64,000 nucleotides of DNA from the NCBI GenBank assembly GCA_964291675.2, contig OZ219866.1:2496001-2560000 (forward strand), given 5' to 3'. The translations under genes were made by a program, and so were the position numbers. The notes below the pieces were generated by a model that was given only the letters and a program-made list of their open reading frames with translations, did no database searches and was not told the origin of the DNA. The stretch's first letter is position 1, and every line of letters starts with the position of its first letter. The stretch is from Alphaproteobacteria bacterium. GTDB lineage: Bacteria; Pseudomonadota; Alphaproteobacteria; MPNO01. Below, one piece after another: positions 9,415-18,810 of the stretch.

Positions 9415-10700
9415 CGCCGTCCCCAGGGGAATTGCGAGCGCGGCGGCAGCCGGCCGCCCGTCGGCAGGGTCTCGGCGATCCTGAGCCCTTCGTTCCACTT
9501 CGCGGTGCGCTCGCCATGGGCGATCGAGCCGATTTTGAGCTGTCCCACCCCCCAGCCGAGGGCGAGATGGACCACGGTCACGTCCTCGGTCTCGCCCGAG
9601 CGCGCCGAGACCACGGCGCCGTAACCCGCCGCCCGCGCGGCGTCCAGCGCCGCCCGGCAGAGGCTCAGCGTACCCGCCTGGTTGGGCTTGAGCAGGACCG
9701 CGTTACAGGCGCCCTGGGCCGCCGCCCGGTGCACGCGGTCCGCGTTGCTGACCAGGGCGTCGTCGCCCACCACCTGGACGCCGGCGCCGAACGCGCTTGT
9801 GAAGGCGGCGAGCCCCGCCATGTCGTCCTCGGCCAGCGGGTCCTCGACCGAGACGATGGGAAAGCGTTCGATCCAGCCGCCCAGCAATGCGCACATGCCG
9901 TCCGGGTCGAGCGCCCGCCCGTCCCGGGCGAGGCGGTAGCGTCCGTCCGCACAGAACTCGGAAGCCGCGATATCGAGGGAGATGCCGACCTCTTCGCCCG
10001 GCACCAGGCCGGCGCGCTCTATCGCCCGGGCAAGGGTTTCGAGCGCGTCCTCGTTGCTGTCGAACGCGGGCCACAGCCCGCCCTCGTCGGCGGTGCCGGC
10101 GAGCGCGCCCCGTCCGGCCATGATCTCGCCCGCGGCGCGGTAGATCTCCGCCGTCCAGTCGAGCGCCTCGGCGTAGTCCGATGCGCCGGTCGCGATCACC
10201 ATGAAATCCTGCACGTCGACCCGCCGCGCGGCATGCGCCCCTCCACCGAAGATCTGGATCTCGGGGAGCGGCATCATGGGCTCCGCATCGCCGGCGAGGT
10301 GGCGCCACAGCGGCAACCCCCGCGCGGCGGCGGCGGCGTGGGCGGTCGCCATCGACGCGGCGACCATCGCGTTGCCGCCGAGCCGCGAGGCGTCCGCCGT
10401 GCCGTCGAGTGCCGCGAGGCAGTGGTCGACGGCCTCCTGGTCGCAGGCGTCGAGCCCGGCGAGGGCGGCGGCGATCTCGCCGTCGACCGCGGCGATCGCG
10501 CGGGTCACGTCCAACCCGCCGAACGCCTCGCCGCCGTCGCGCAAATCCACCGCCTCGGCGCTTCCCCGAGAGGCGCCGGAAGGCGCGATCGCCCGCCCGC
10601 GCGCGCCGCCCGCGAGCGCGATCTCGACCTCGACCGTAGGCCGGGCGCGCGAGTCCCACACCCGGCGCCCCTTCACCGAGCGGATCGCCGTCGCGTTCAA
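9405..10700 (-). CDS. eno: Enolase-family protein (atypical paralogue)
   Basis: DSRARPTVEVE, PSGAS, DEGG, LDIAASE, SVEDP, VGDD, LLKPNQ, RSGETED; TTG start overlapping the kinase stop. Confidence 0.9.
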   Translation of the reverse strand: MNATAIRSVKGRRVWDSRARPTVEVEIALAGGARGRAIAPSGASRGSAEAVDLRDGGEAFGGLDVTRAIAAVDGEIAAALAGLDACDQEAVDHCLAALDGTADASRLGGNAMVAASMATAHAAAAARGLPLWRHLAGDAEPMMPLPEIQIFGGGAHAARRVDVQDFMVIATGASDYAEALDWTAEIYRAAGEIMAGRGALAGTADEGGLWPAFDSNEDALETLARAIERAGLVPGEEVGISLDIAASEFCADGRYRLARDGRALDPDGMCALLGGWIERFPIVSVEDPLAEDDMAGLAAFTSAFGAGVQVVGDDALVSNADRVHRAAAQGACNAVLLKPNQAGTLSLCRAALDAARAAGYGAVVSARSGETEDVTVVHLALGWGVGQLKIGSIAHGERTAKWNEGLRIAETLPTGGRLPPRSQFPWGRRCG

Positions 10701-11713
10701 ACCCCGAGCTCCGCCGCCCAGGCGGCGCGCACGGCACGAAGACGCGAGACAGGGGATTGGAGCAGGGTGCGGGCGACGCGGCGCACCCGGTCCCTTTCGG
10801 CTTCCTCCGTCACGTATTCCACCGGCGACTTGCCGTCGATCCGGGCGAGGAACAGCCCCGCCAGCAAGGGGGCCGCGCGGGCTTCGAGAACCTCCGGGGG
10901 TTCCCAGTCGACGCCGCCCAGATAGGTCCGGGCGAGAACGTCGAAGCAGTCCAGGAAGCCGGGTGCCGCCTCCGGCGTCCACAGGCATTTGAGCAGCAGG
11001 TGGTTGAGGCAGAAGGCGAGGTCGAAGGCGGGGTCGCCGTACCACGCGCATTCGGCATCGAGGAACACCGGCCCGGCCTTCCCGATCAGGATGTTCTTGG
11101 GGCTCACGTCGCCATGCACTAAGGCGAGCCGGGTCGCCGCCGTCCTCTCGACGATCTGGCCGAGCCGGCCGGCAAGGTCCGGATGGGCGCGGGCCGCGGT
11201 CTCCAGATAGGGTTCGAGACGGATCGCATGGAAGATCCCGTCGGAAGCGAAGCGCCGGGCCACGTCGTCGCGCCCCGCGGTGCCGGCGTGGATGGCGCGG
11301 ATGGCGGCGGCGACACGGCGCGCATCGTCCGGCTCGGCCTCGCCCCGGCGCAGCTTCTCCTTCCACAGCGGGAATTCGCCGGGCTCCAGAAAGTCCATCG
11401 CGATCAGCCCGGCCTGCCGGTCGTGGCCCAGCAGACGCGGCACCGCCTGCGGCACGATCCGCCCGGCGGTCTCGATCCACGCCGCTTCGAAGGCGTTGCG
11501 CTCGACCGGCGCGCGCCAGTCCGAGGCGACCTTGAGCCGGGCGAGCGCGCGCTTGACGCAGACACAGCGCCCGCCGATGTCGATCTTCCAGATGTCGGAC
11601 GACACCCCGCCGGGAAGCGCGGTCGCGCGCAATTGCGCCCCGCAGGGGACGAGGCCGAGCCGGCCCAGCGCCGTCAGGACCTCCCGGGGCGCGGTCCCGG
11701 CTTCGCCCGCCAT
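10697..11713 (-). CDS. Aminoglycoside phosphotransferase / methylthioribose-kinase-like kinase
   Basis: GGVSSD glycine loop, CVKRAL, LVHGDVSPKNIL Brenner motif, LDAECAWYGDPAFD. Confidence 0.9.
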   Translation of the reverse strand: MAGEAGTAPREVLTALGRLGLVPCGAQLRATALPGGVSSDIWKIDIGGRCVCVKRALARLKVASDWRAPVERNAFEAAWIETAGRIVPQAVPRLLGHDRQAGLIAMDFLEPGEFPLWKEKLRRGEAEPDDARRVAAAIRAIHAGTAGRDDVARRFASDGIFHAIRLEPYLETAARAHPDLAGRLGQIVERTAATRLALVHGDVSPKNILIGKAGPVFLDAECAWYGDPAFDLAFCLNHLLLKCLWTPEAAPGFLDCFDVLARTYLGGVDWEPPEVLEARAAPLLAGLFLARIDGKSPVEYVTEEAERDRVRRVARTLLQSPVSRLRAVRAAWAAELGV

Positions 11714-11720
11714 GCCGGAT

Positions 11721-12713
11721 TCATCCGGGCAGGGGGGCGATGCCGAGGACCGGCGGCAGGCCCGACAGAACGGGGGCAAATTCCTCCCCGCCGTCCTCGC
11801 TCGCCCAGATCCCGCCGTCGTTGAGGCCGACGAGCACGGTCCCGGAGGACGCGGGATCGACCGCGATCGAGCGCGGCGCGGGCGCCAGCCGCTCCGGGAG
11901 TCCGCCGGTCTGTCGACTCCAAGTCTTGCCGCCGTCCTCGCTTCGGTAGAACCCGGCCCCGGCGCCTTCCGGGCGCCTCCAGCCGGGCGGTGGCACCTCC
12001 GCGCCCGCGGTGAACAGCACGTTCGGCCGGTCCGCGTGGACCGCGACGTTGATCAGATAGGGGTGCGCGATCCCCGTATCCGATTGCGCGAAACTCTCGC
12101 CCCCGTCGGCGCTGCGATACAGGCCGTGACCCGAGGCCGAGACCACGGTCTTCCCGTCTGGAAGAACCGTGACCGTGTGCGAATCGAACTCGGTGCCGTC
12201 CTTGATGTTGGCCCAGCTCCCGCCGCCGTCGGCCGAGCGCACCAGCCATCCCTCCTCGACCGCGCCGAATATGACGCCGGGGTCGGAGGGAGACAGGCCG
12301 ATGCCGCGGACATGGGCGACGAAGGGCGGGCCCGGGAAGGTCCAGTCCTTGCGTGTCGGCAGGCGGCGCAGGCTCTCCAGCTCCTCCCAGCTCTCCCCGC
12401 CATCGGTCGATTTGAAGATGCAGGCGGGCTCGGTGCCGACATAGAGCTCGCCGGTATCCGGATGACGGGCGAGCGAGAGCGCGTGCTTGTAGACCAGCCC
12501 CGCGTTCTTCTCGGCCCAGCGCCGCCCCCCGTCATCGGTGCGCCAGACGCCGGCGCGCTCGGTCGCCGCCCAGGCCCGGCCGGGGCGGGACGGGTCCGCC
12601 AGGATCCAGCGGACCACGCCTTCCAGCCCCAGCGGACGGGCCTCATAGCCCGCGCCGTTGCTCTCGGCCAGGAAGACGCCGTTGCCCGTCGCGAGCAGGA
12701 GAGAGGTGCCCAT
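11721..12713 (-). CDS. BNR/Asp-box beta-propeller protein (WD40/YVTN-like)
   Basis: Repeated (S/T)xDGGx(S/T)W Asp boxes; no signal peptide; start MGTSLLL. Confidence 0.85.
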   Translation of the reverse strand: MGTSLLLATGNGVFLAESNGAGYEARPLGLEGVVRWILADPSRPGRAWAATERAGVWRTDDGGRRWAEKNAGLVYKHALSLARHPDTGELYVGTEPACIFKSTDGGESWEELESLRRLPTRKDWTFPGPPFVAHVRGIGLSPSDPGVIFGAVEEGWLVRSADGGGSWANIKDGTEFDSHTVTVLPDGKTVVSASGHGLYRSADGGESFAQSDTGIAHPYLINVAVHADRPNVLFTAGAEVPPPGWRRPEGAGAGFYRSEDGGKTWSRQTGGLPERLAPAPRSIAVDPASSGTVLVGLNDGGIWASEDGGEEFAPVLSGLPPVLGIAPLPG

Positions 12714-12851
12714 CTGCCCCTCCGAGACGATTGCGTGGGACGCGGAACCGATCACAACCCGTCCGCCGACACCCGTCAAGCCGCGCGTTGGACCGCCGCG
12801 CGGGCGCGCTCTAGCATTTGCGAAAGCCAATCGCGGTGATTGCTTCCAACC

Positions 12852-14423
12852 ATGCCGAGGCATGCCGAGACCCAGGTCGCGATCGTCGGTGCCGGCCCGG
12901 TCGGGCTCGCGCTTGCCATCGAGCTCGGGCTGCGCGGTGTCGCCTGCGTCGTCATCGAGCGGCGCGCGGGCGCCCCCCGCGTGCCCCGGATGAGCAGCGT
13001 CAGCGGCCGCAACATGGAGTTCTGCCGGCGCTGGGGGATCGCGGAGGAGGTGCGGAGCGCCGCGTGGTCGCCCGCCCATCCGATGGATTTCGTCTATGTC
13101 GAGACCATGACCGGGCGCGAGCTGGCCCGGCTCAAGATCCCGTCCTACGCCGAGAGCGCGGGCCGGCTCGACTACACGCCGGAGGGGCCGGCGACCTGCC
13201 CGCAGATCTATTTCGATCCCATCCTCGCCGAGAAGGCGCGATCGCTCGACCGCGTGACGCTCGACTACGGCACGAGGCTGGAGAGCTTCGAGAGGCACGC
13301 GAACGGCGTTCGCGCCCATCTCGTCGGCGTGAGCTCCGGCGCCCGCTCGACGGTCTCCGCCGAGTATCTCGTCGGCTGCGACGGGGCGGGCGGAACCGTC
13401 CGGCGCCTTCTCGCCATCCCGCTCGACGGCCAGGGGACGATAGCGAGCAGCGTCAACGTGTTCTTCCGGTCGCGCGAATTCGCGGCGATGCACGACAAGG
13501 GCTGGGCGCGGTTCTTCCGCTTCTTCGGCGACGACGGGTGCTGGGGCGAGGCGATCGCGATCGACGGCAGGGAGCTCTGGCGGCTCTCGGTCTTCCACGA
13601 CCCGGACCCCGACCTGGCCGGACACTCCTATCTGCGCAAGCTCGCCGGGCGCGACTTCGACTACCAGATCCTCGACGTCTCTCCCTGGGAGCGGCGCGAC
13701 TTCCTGGCCCGGTTCTACCGCCGCGGGCGGGTGCTGATCGCCGGCGACGCGGCGCACCAGACCTCGCCGACCGGCGGGGCGGGCATGCATATCGGGGTGT
13801 GCGAGGCGGTCAATCTCGGCTGGAAGCTCGCCGCCCTGCTCGACGGCTGGGGCGGGGCAAGGCTGCTCGATTCCTACGAGGCCGAGTCCCGCCCGGTCGC
13901 CGGCCGCTTCGTCGCGCTGTCGACGCAGACCTTCGATGCCATCGCCGCGCTGCCCGGGGCCGAGGCGTTCCGCCGCGCGTTCGAGGCCGATCCCGGCATC
14001 CTGCGGCGGCTCTCGCTGGCCGACCGGTTGCGGACGCAGCTCTGCTACGAGGGCTCGCCGGTCTGCGTGCCCGACGGAACCCCGCCGCCCGACCCCCCGG
14101 ACGATCCGCTGCACACGGCGCGCCCCGGCGGCCGCGCGCCGCATTGCTGGATCGGCGGCGGGCGCTCGACGATCGATCTGTTCGGCCGGGGCTTCGTGCT
14201 GCTGCGCTTGGGCCGCCCGCCCGCCGATGCCTCGCCGCTGGTCGCGGCGGCCGCCGCCGCGCGGGTTCCGCTGGAGGTCGTCGACATCGAGCATGCGGAG
14301 GCCGAGGCGCTCTACGGAAGGAGGCTGGTCCTCGTCCGCCCCGACGGCCATGTCGCCTGGCGCGGCAACGGGACGCCCGTCGACGCGGCGGCGCTGATCG
14401 AGCGGGTGCGCGGCGCCGGGTGA
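12852..14423 (+). CDS. FAD-dependent monooxygenase (PheA/TfdB-like aromatic hydroxylase family)
   Basis: IVGAGPVG, LVGCDG, IAGDAAH..P.GG.GM, NLGWKL, C-terminal LVRPDGHVAWR. Confidence 0.93.
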   Translation: MPRHAETQVAIVGAGPVGLALAIELGLRGVACVVIERRAGAPRVPRMSSVSGRNMEFCRRWGIAEEVRSAAWSPAHPMDFVYVETMTGRELARLKIPSYAESAGRLDYTPEGPATCPQIYFDPILAEKARSLDRVTLDYGTRLESFERHANGVRAHLVGVSSGARSTVSAEYLVGCDGAGGTVRRLLAIPLDGQGTIASSVNVFFRSREFAAMHDKGWARFFRFFGDDGCWGEAIAIDGRELWRLSVFHDPDPDLAGHSYLRKLAGRDFDYQILDVSPWERRDFLARFYRRGRVLIAGDAAHQTSPTGGAGMHIGVCEAVNLGWKLAALLDGWGGARLLDSYEAESRPVAGRFVALSTQTFDAIAALPGAEAFRRAFEADPGILRRLSLADRLRTQLCYEGSPVCVPDGTPPPDPPDDPLHTARPGGRAPHCWIGGGRSTIDLFGRGFVLLRLGRPPADASPLVAAAAAARVPLEVVDIEHAEAEALYGRRLVLVRPDGHVAWRGNGTPVDAAALIERVRGAG

Positions 14424-14897
14424 AGGCCGCCCTCCCCCGGAACGGTGCGGCACGCCTTGCACGGCTTGAGGCAAGGCAGGACTCGATGATAGAAAGCGTT
14501 CTAAGACTCGTAGTCTGGCCTTGAAACATGGCCGGTCGGTCCCGTGTCTTCTGCCGCACATTGGCCACGTCCGCGCTGGCCGAATCCCAGCGCAACGTCG
14601 ATGGGCATGATCGTGGCGCGTCCGCGTGCCCGAATCCGACCGCTTCCTCAGGAAACCGGGGTTCCGGCATAAGGGAGGAAATTACTTTGCCCGGCTTTAG
14701 TCCCAGGGCAATTTGCCATCGTTCGCAGGCATGCCCAAACTCTGCCATTTCAGGAGGCCATGCAATAAAGCACCATTAGGGGTCTTTCGATTTGGGCATT
14801 GGTATGGAATGGTACCAAGTATGAGACAAGTGATACTTGCTGTGGCGGCACTGGTTATACTGTTTCTCCCGATAGACTTGGCGAAGGGATCGGACAA

Positions 14898-16347
14898 GGT
14901 TGTGTCCCCGGGCGTGGTGTAGGAGTTCTGACGGCGGTTGGTAGCTGTGGGTAAGTAGCCCGCCGCAGCGACCGTCACGAGTCTGGCGGCGGCGGGCTAC
15001 TTATCCATAGCGGAGGCCATCGCGGTGCCGGTTTAGGGTTGGGCTTGCTGAGTCCACCCGACCGGAGGAGTACCACGATGACCGCCAATGACATGATGAC
15101 CCTGCGCGCGCTGCTGGAAAAGAGTTCCGACACCGATCTGCTTCGCGAGATGATCGCCTTCACGGCCGAGCGTTTGATGGCGCTGGAGGTGGAGGGGTTG
15201 ACCGGGGCTGCGCCCGGCGAGCGTTCGCCGGACCGGATCAACCACCGCAACGGCTACCGCGACCGGGTCTGGGAGACCCGGGCCGGCACGGTCGAGCTGA
15301 AGATCCCGAAGCTCAGGAAGGGGAGCTACTTCCCGGGGTTCCTGGAGCCGCGACGTATGGCCGAGAAGGCGCTGACCGCGGTGATCCAGGAGGCCTATAT
15401 CCAGGGCGTGTCGACGCGGGCGGTCGACGACTTGGTGCAGGCGATGGGGATGTCGGGCATCTCCAAGAGCCAGGTCTCGCGGCTGTGCGGCGAGATCGAC
15501 GGCAAGATCCAGGGCTTCCTCGACCGGTCCCTTGAGGGCGACTGGCCCTATCTCTGGCTCGACGCGACCTATGTGAAGGTGCGCGAGGCCGGGCGCATCG
15601 TCTCGGTCGCGGTCACCGTCGCGGTGGCGGTCAACGACCGGGGCCGGCGCGAGGTCCTCGGCATGGCGGTCGGCGCGTCGGAGGCCGAGACCTTCTGGAC
15701 CGAGTTCCTGCGCAGCCTCACCCGCCGCGGCTTGCGCGGCGTGAAGCTGGTAATCGCCGACGACCACAAGGGCCTGAAGGCCGCCGCCACGCGCATCCTC
15801 GGCGCAACCTCCCAGCGCTGCCGCGTGCACTTCATGCGCAACCTGCTCGCCCATGCCGGCAAGCAGGGCCGGCGCGTCGTCTCCGCCTTCGTCGCTACCG
15901 CCTTCGCCCAGGACGACGCCGACGGCGCCAGGGCCCAGTGGCGCCTGGTCGCCGATCAGCTCAGGCCCAAGGTGCCGAAGCTCGCCGCGCTGATGGACGA
16001 GGCCGAGCACGACGTCCTGGCCTACATGACCTTTCCCAGAGAGCACCGCCAGAAGCTGCATTCGACGAATCCACTCGAACGGCTCCATGCCGAGATCAAG
16101 CGCCGCACCAACGTCGTCGGCATCTTCCCCAACGAGGACGCCATCACCCGCCTCGTCGGCGCGATCCTGCTCGAGCAAAATGATGAATGGGCCGTTGCAA
16201 GGAGATACATGACGCTGGAATCGATCGCTCCCGTGAGCGACAATCTCACCGTCAAGCTGCCCGCCGTGGCAGCCTGAGCGAACCGGCCCTGCCCGCCGGA
16301 TACCGCGATCGGCGCCAGGCTCTTACACCACGTGGCGGGACACGATC
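14898..16347 (+). mobile_element. Complete IS256-family insertion sequence
   Basis: Imperfect terminal IRs GGTTGTGTCCCCGGGCGTGGTGTAGGAG / GATCGTGTCCCGCCACGTGGTGTAAGAG; 9-bp direct repeat ATCGGACAA at 14889-14897 and 16348-16356. Confidence 0.92.
15078..16277 (+). CDS. IS256 family (Mutator-like) DDE transposase
   Basis: [49 protein letters not shown]; GGAGG RBS. Confidence 0.96.
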   Translation: MTANDMMTLRALLEKSSDTDLLREMIAFTAERLMALEVEGLTGAAPGERSPDRINHRNGYRDRVWETRAGTVELKIPKLRKGSYFPGFLEPRRMAEKALTAVIQEAYIQGVSTRAVDDLVQAMGMSGISKSQVSRLCGEIDGKIQGFLDRSLEGDWPYLWLDATYVKVREAGRIVSVAVTVAVAVNDRGRREVLGMAVGASEAETFWTEFLRSLTRRGLRGVKLVIADDHKGLKAAATRILGATSQRCRVHFMRNLLAHAGKQGRRVVSAFVATAFAQDDADGARAQWRLVADQLRPKVPKLAALMDEAEHDVLAYMTFPREHRQKLHSTNPLERLHAEIKRRTNVVGIFPNEDAITRLVGAILLEQNDEWAVARRYMTLESIAPVSDNLTVKLPAVAA

Positions 16348-17072
16348 ATCGGACAAGGTCATACATGACAAGAGTGCACTGAAGTCCGATGCAGAGAAAA
16401 ATGCCTTCATAGACGCTTTCGTTGATACTGTTTTTCCAACGACTCGGCCGACCGAACCAGTGAGACGGCGGAGGGATGACATTCATTTTGCGATCCTGGG
16501 ATCTGCTACCTTTGAGACTTTCAAATATGTCGACAGCGCTGTAACCTCATTATCGAAAATTCTCCCTTACGATGTATCGGTTCGTGACGGGGGCAACGTC
16601 AATACGGTGATATTCTTTACGGACAATGTCCGAAGGGACAGCTTTGGGCGCCTGAGAGATTTGATACAAGAGTTTCTGTTTCCGGACGAAACAATAGAGG
16701 ACGCATTTCGGAAATTCGGAAACTCGAAATGCCTCTTGATTACACCTGGATACGCGGACAAGGTGTCGGGCGTCCTTATGGTGTTGTCGAATCAGAAAGA
16801 CGATTTCGAGTATGTGAAATTCTGTTTTAAATCTACCCTTCTGCGGTCTCTCGGACTACTCGGAAAACGGACGAACAACGAGCTAATGAACGACGGCAAC
16901 GAGTTTAACATCACAAATCTGGACAAACGAATTTTGCGAGCATTGTATTCGGAGGAACTGAACGGAAAAGATCTGGAAGGTGCGGTGCGAGTCCTGACCG
17001 AGTAGAGAATGCATATCAGGGCTCGCAAGTTTGGTGATGTGAAGTATGGATAGCGCAACCGCACGGGCAGGC

Positions 17073-18313
17073 TGTACAGATAGGGTAATTGCCTGACAGT
17101 TGCCGCTTCCGGCGGGGTTCTGTTTCAGGCGGCTTTCTTCATCTTCTCCTCCTTTGGCGTCTTCGGTTTTGGCAGGCATCGGACGAAGACGTCGGCCGGC
17201 GTCCTGCCCTTCATGCCGCGGCCCTGGTGGGGTCGCTCGGTATTGTAGCGCAGCAGGTAGGCGTCGAGGTCGGTCTGCATGGCCTCGATGCTGTCGTAGA
17301 ACTTCTTCCTCCCCATGACGCGGAAGTGCTCGTCCAGCAGGGTGCGGTGCAGACGCTCGACGAAGCCGTTGGGCTGGGGCCTTCGGACCCTGGTGGTGCG
17401 GTGCTCGATCTCCTCGAGCTGGAGGAACAGCTCGTAGGGGTGGCGATCGGGCCGGCCGCAGAACTCGCGCCCGTTGTCCGACAACACGGTGTCGATCCGC
17501 GCGCCGTGCGCCTCGAAGCTCGGCAGCACGTCGTTGTTCATCAGCTGGACCGCGGTGACCGGCATCTTATTGGGATAGAGCCTGCCCCAGGCGTAGCGCG
17601 AGTGGCAGTCGACGGCGCTCTGCAGGTAGACCTTGCCGACCCCCTTGAGGTGGCCGACGAAGAAGCTGTCGACGGCCACGAGGTCGCCGCTGTGGCGGGT
17701 CTCGATGTGGCGCTCGCGGAACTCGGGCGAGAACCGCTCCAGCAGACGGATCTGCTCGTCCGAGAGCTCGATCCGGCGCTCGGCGGTGGTCTTCTCCAGC
17801 CGGAGCAGCCGTTCCTGCCTGGTCAGCAGCGCATGCCGCGACCACACCCCGCGCACCCCGCCGGAAGACACGTGGACGCCCTTGAGCGAGAGCTCCTGGG
17901 CGACGCGGAGCGCGCCGTGGGTGGGGTGGTCCAGCGCGTGCGCGAGGATCGCGTCCTCGACCTCCTGCGAGACCCGGTTGGGGGGCGGTCCCCGGGCGCC
18001 GGGCAGCCGGTCGATCAGCCCGTCCGCCCCGTAGGTCTGATAGTTCCTCCTGATCTCGTAGAACTGCTGGCGCGAGTAACCCATGATCCGGCACGCCTTC
18101 GACACGTTGTTCATCTCGGCGGCCAGCTCCAGAAGGCTCAGCTTGCGCCGTGCTATCTTGTCCTTGGTGGTCATGTCGCTCTCCCGATGGGTCGGATGTT
18201 GGCAAAACGATCCTTACCCCCACCGGGAGCGGCCTGGCCACCGCCGGCGCGCACGACTCTTGACGGTCGCGCGCCGGCGGCCCGAACTGTCAGGTGATTA
18301 CCGTCCCACTACA
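17073..18313 (-). mobile_element. IS481-family insertion sequence
   Basis: TGT...ACA ends with IRs TGTAcagatagGGTAATtgCCTGACAGTT / TGTAgtgggacGGTAATcaCCTGACAGTT; target duplication unclear (only GGC shared). Confidence 0.88.
17125..18174 (-). CDS. IS481 family transposase (rve integrase core)
   Basis: NVSKACRIMGYSRQQFY HTH, VAVDSF, SDNGREF, NGFVERLHRT, YNTERPHQG. Confidence 0.95.
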   Translation of the reverse strand: MTTKDKIARRKLSLLELAAEMNNVSKACRIMGYSRQQFYEIRRNYQTYGADGLIDRLPGARGPPPNRVSQEVEDAILAHALDHPTHGALRVAQELSLKGVHVSSGGVRGVWSRHALLTRQERLLRLEKTTAERRIELSDEQIRLLERFSPEFRERHIETRHSGDLVAVDSFFVGHLKGVGKVYLQSAVDCHSRYAWGRLYPNKMPVTAVQLMNNDVLPSFEAHGARIDTVLSDNGREFCGRPDRHPYELFLQLEEIEHRTTRVRRPQPNGFVERLHRTLLDEHFRVMGRKKFYDSIEAMQTDLDAYLLRYNTERPHQGRGMKGRTPADVFVRCLPKPKTPKEEKMKKAA

Positions 18314-18810
18314 GGCTGGGTGTCGGGCGCCACCGGATTCCTCGCCTGCGACAAGGGGGGCGGCTGCGCCATTCCGACGCCAACCGGGACGGGCGGCTGG
18401 CTGCGGCGGACGCGGAGCGGTCGAAGTTCGATGTCTGGCGTGATCGGGCTCCACACAGACGCCAGCGAGCGCGAGCAGTCGGGTCACCGGCGTTCGGCAA
18501 CGAAAGCTGCGGCATCCGCCAAGGTGCCTTGCACGCCTTACGATGGCGTTTGCCAGCACTTTTCCGTACCGGCCATCCGGTCACGGTTGCGCCGCCGCCC
18601 AACATATGACTTGTAAACACGCTGTCCTGGCGCGATCATCCTGCGCAGGGGCAGGCCGCCTGTGGAAGGCTGGCGAGGCCTCCGCCGCACGGCACTGAAG
18701 AGGAGGTGGGGAGGGGCACGGAACGCGACAGGACCGGCGCCGTCCCACTCTTGCGTCTGCGGCACAGACCAGACGAACGGAAGCCGTTCGGAACCAGGGG
18801 AGACATCGAC

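Larger units (their letters stand above)
14821..17005 (+). pseudogene. AT-richer secreted protein gene (DUF2927-like) interrupted by IS256
   Basis: 5' part MRQVILAVAALVILFLPIDLAKGSD(K) joins in frame to VIHDKSALK... after removing the IS and one target copy; C-terminus CFKSTLLRSLGL...TNLDKRILRALY. Confidence 0.75.

Noticed and set aside
7448-11480. 689-aa and 691-aa ORFs as extended LLM and enolase fusions
   Set aside because: The N-terminal halves are off-frame overlaps of the upstream genes; true starts are 8452 and 10700
11721-14561. 946-aa minus-strand ORF as a giant fusion protein
   Set aside because: The first ~615 aa are the antisense shadow of the FAD monooxygenase; only 11721-12713 has real motifs
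14898-18313. Composite transposon formed by the two IS elements
   Set aside because: Different IS families, and the IS256 has its own target duplication, so the insertions are independent
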